Of a DNA stretch of 64,000 nt, positions 61,442 to 64,000 are shown one piece after another. Source of the stretch: an uncultured delta proteobacterium (GTDB lineage: Bacteria; Desulfobacterota; Desulfomonilia; UBA1062); the NCBI GenBank assembly GCA_963798485.1, contig CAWCTR010000004.1:256001-320000 (forward strand), read 5' to 3'. Position 1 is the first letter of the stretch. Every line of letters begins with the position of its first letter. The notes beneath the pieces were generated by a model. It had not been told where the DNA came from and made no database searches. It worked only from the letters and a program-made list of their open reading frames with translations. The translations under genes and the position numbers were made by a program.

Positions 61442-62038
61442 ATGCTGATCACCTCAAACGCCTCTGTGCTCGCCGCGCTTATGCGCTCGAAACCGGGAAG
61501 CCTGGCGGCTTACCCCACCGAGACCTTCTACGGGCTGGGGGTTCTCATAAACAGCAGAGATGGTCTGGACAGGATCATCACTGTCAAGGGCCGGGACGCT
61601 GCCAAGGGCATGATCGTGTTGGTATCGGACATGACCATGGCATCATGCATCGCGGTCATCGACAATGATCAAAAGAAGCTCCTCGAAATTCTCTGGCCCG
61701 GACCCGTGAGCGTTGTTCTGGAGGCGAAACAGGACATTGATCCCCTGCTTGCGCCGGACGGCAAGGTGGCGCTGCGCATCTCGCCTGATATACTGGCTAC
61801 CTCTCTGGTTGAATTAGTGGGGCCTATCACCTCCACATCGGCCAACAGATCAGGCGAACCTCCTGCCCGCACAGCGCATGAGGTGGCAGGCATGGGTCTT
61901 GCCATCGACGCCATTTTAGATGGGGGCGAGACACCGGGAGGCAAACCCTCCACCCTCATCGATCTCACGACCTGGCCGCCTGAGTGCCTGAGGGAAGGGG
62001 CAGTAACATTTCAAGAGATCCTCGCCCACTGTTCATAA
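61442..62038 (+). CDS. tsaC: Threonylcarbamoyl-AMP synthase (TsaC/YrdC)
   Basis: YPTETFYGLG, KGR, WPGP, TSTSANRSG, PSTLID, REGA. Confidence 0.92.
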   Translation: MLITSNASVLAALMRSKPGSLAAYPTETFYGLGVLINSRDGLDRIITVKGRDAAKGMIVLVSDMTMASCIAVIDNDQKKLLEILWPGPVSVVLEAKQDIDPLLAPDGKVALRISPDILATSLVELVGPITSTSANRSGEPPARTAHEVAGMGLAIDAILDGGETPGGKPSTLIDLTTWPPECLREGAVTFQEILAHCS

Positions 62039-62326
62039 AATGATGTTAGCTCTGGATTCAACGTACAATAATGTAACAACAATTACAATATTGCACATAA
62101 TTATAGGTAAATGAACTATCAATGCAATGTATTTATTGAGAATATACTTTGGCATATATTTTGTATAATATTAATTAAGGTCATTAATTGTTAATTGCAG
62201 AATTCGCCATACAGAACTTCTTAATAGTCTAAGTTGCTACATTTAATAATGATCTGCTTGAGTTATGGTGTTAGGTCAAAGATAACAGATACATTATTTT
62301 TTATGGGGAGAAAAGGGGGGAGTATC

Positions 62327-62530
62327 ATGGATCTTATGGAATTGAAACCTGCCAAACCCAATGTCGATCATACAAAGATTAAGGTTTTCAATCTGATAAC
62401 CCAATGCATACGGGATATCGAAAAGACGGTAAATTCATCTGGTCTGGCAATGAGAGAAGTCGGTGTTGACGTTGAAAAATATATGACTGTTAGAGAATCA
62501 TACATTATAGAGCTTAAATTGCGTATGTGA
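62327..62530 (+). CDS. Small hypothetical protein (67 aa)
   Basis: G-rich RBS (AAGGGGGGAG) before ATG 62327; AT-rich upstream region with a sigma54-like motif. Confidence 0.5.
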   Translation: MDLMELKPAKPNVDHTKIKVFNLITQCIRDIEKTVNSSGLAMREVGVDVEKYMTVRESYIIELKLRM

Positions 62531-62665
62531 CACAAGATATTATCGATTTCCCTTTCCGTGCTTTTCTTTTTGAGTCTCATCAGATTGCCGACAGTTTAGT
62601 CTACGAAGCTGTCATATTCGATTTTACCGGTCAGTTGAGTGCAGGGATGTATGCCACGCACATAC

Positions 62666-63838
62666 TTATATGCGCTCAAAGATTGTGGCCGGGGCCTGTC
62701 CTCCGCCGGTGCAGAGCGTAACCAGGGCGTAGTTCCCCTTGCGGCGCAACAGTTCATGGATTGCGGTGACGCTCAGCCTGCAACCGCTGTTGCCGACCGG
62801 GTGGCCCAGGGCAAGCGCCCCGCCGTTTACGTTGAGCTTGTCCATGTCGGCATTGAGCTCCTTTGCCCAGGCCAGTGGTATGGGTGCGAAGGCCTCGTTG
62901 ACCTCGAAGAGGTCGATGTCATTCATGGTAAGACCTGCTTTGGCGAGTACCTTAGGTGTTACGGTGATGGGGCCGGTAAGCATGAGCTTGGGGTCAGAAC
63001 CCACCACGGCGCTGGCCACAACCCGCGCCAGGGGGATGAGGCCAAGCTGGTTCACCTTTTCGCCGCTCATAAGGACCACGGCTGATGCGCCGTCGGTAAC
63101 TGTGCTGGAGAGCCCGGCAGTCATCCAGTCGGTCCCGGGAAGCACCTTCAGCGAGTCCAAAGCCTCCCGTGTAGTTCCTGGACGTATCGGTTCATCGTTA
63201 ATGCATTCGATCCTGTTGCCGTCCTTGTCGAGCCCGGAGACAGTCATGATTTCATCCTTGAAGCGGCCCTCAATGGTGGCCCTATGGGCCTTTGTGTGGC
63301 TGGCAACGGCGAAATCCTGGCACTCTTCCTTTGTGATATTCCACTGGCGCGCGATGGCCTGTGCTGCATCGATCTGGCTGGGGATGCCGTATTTGTTCAG
63401 GTAGAATGTACCGATGGGGTGCCCGGCGTTCTGTCCATTGGCCAGGGTGCAGTTCATATCTGATGCGATGCCGTACTTTGACATGATCTCGCAGCCGCTG
63501 GCTATTACCACGTCATGAGTGCCCGATGCAATCATAGCTGCGGCGATCTGGATCGCCGACAGGCTGCTGCCGCACTGGCGGTTCACGGTGATGCCGCCTA
63601 GGGTCTCCGGCAGATTTGATGCCAGGACGGCCATGCGTGCAAGGTTAAACCCCTGTTCCCCGATCTGATAGACGCATCCGGTAATGACATCATCAACCTC
63701 TTTGGCGTCAAGCTTTATGCTGTTTACAGACTCGTCAAGGACACAGGCCAGGAGCTCCGGAGCCATGTATTCACGGAAATATCCTCTCTGCCTGCCCACT
63801 GCTGTTCTGATAGCGCTGACGATAAATACGTCTTTCAT
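62666..63838 (-). CDS. Thiolase (acetyl-CoA acyltransferase)
   Basis: NRQCGSS, EVNEAFA, NVNGGALALGHP, LCTGGG; start ATG 63838 after GGAGG. Confidence 0.94.
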   Translation of the reverse strand: MKDVFIVSAIRTAVGRQRGYFREYMAPELLACVLDESVNSIKLDAKEVDDVITGCVYQIGEQGFNLARMAVLASNLPETLGGITVNRQCGSSLSAIQIAAAMIASGTHDVVIASGCEIMSKYGIASDMNCTLANGQNAGHPIGTFYLNKYGIPSQIDAAQAIARQWNITKEECQDFAVASHTKAHRATIEGRFKDEIMTVSGLDKDGNRIECINDEPIRPGTTREALDSLKVLPGTDWMTAGLSSTVTDGASAVVLMSGEKVNQLGLIPLARVVASAVVGSDPKLMLTGPITVTPKVLAKAGLTMNDIDLFEVNEAFAPIPLAWAKELNADMDKLNVNGGALALGHPVGNSGCRLSVTAIHELLRRKGNYALVTLCTGGGQAPATIFERI

Positions 63839-63928
63839 GAGAAACCTCCCCATTTATTTATTATGTAACCCGATTCTTTCAGTAGAAGATCGATCCCAAG
63901 CAGTATTGAGGATATCAAAAGCTGATCT

Positions 63929-64000
63929 CTACTTCCCTAATTGCTCCTTCAGCTCCCGTTTCAAGATTTTACCCGAGGGGTTCTTGGGGAGTTTGTCGGT
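63929..64000 (-). CDS. C-terminal end of an AMP-binding acyl-CoA synthetase (partial, runs off window)
   Basis: Minus-strand translation TDKLPKNPSGKILKRELKEQLGK-stop contains the A10 motif LPxxxxGK. Confidence 0.8.
   Translation of the reverse strand, partial: TDKLPKNPSGKILKRELKEQLGK

Overview
Bacterial chromosomal window, most likely from an anaerobic Desulfobacterota/deltaproteobacterium; this is inferred from gene content and is not proven. Left part (360-14680): a co-oriented operon encoding TonB, a TonB-dependent receptor, a FecBCD/BtuFCD-type ABC importer, an ABC-2 exporter and a CobN-ChlI-ChlD class I chelatase, with no cobalamin biosynthesis genes beside it. A converging CoA-transferase follows. 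Next (16306-29401) is a lower-GC conjugative island abutting the 3' end of tRNA-Cys(GCA). It carries a putative toxin/HTH-antitoxin pair, trbC-D-E-J-K-L-F-G-I, traF, a TraD/TrwB-type coupling protein, trbB and an orphan membrane gene; no integrase or relaxase lies in the window. The right part is core genome: lysS-lolC/E-lolD-bamA-skp-lpxD-lpxA-gnnA-lpxB-msbA-lpxK-gmhB-two lpxL, an AMMECR1 protein, a sigma54-type 5'-nucleotidase, acyl-CoA dehydrogenase, lysophospholipase, thrC-metK-ahcY, purC, a nudix hydrolase, purH-D-E, tsaC, a thiolase and the end of an acyl-CoA synthetase. Highlights missing from the ORF track: (i) a 46-aa lipoprotein whose mature part is largely a protein-level copy of the TrbJ C-terminal 18 residues, with nine synonymous codon differences; (ii) a ~170-220-nt minus-strand rod-like structured RNA candidate between purC and the nudix gene; (iii) a CTG start codon for lolC/E; (iv) several operator/promoter architectures. 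The importer+exporter+chelatase operon may be a tetrapyrrole metal-scavenging or remodelling system.
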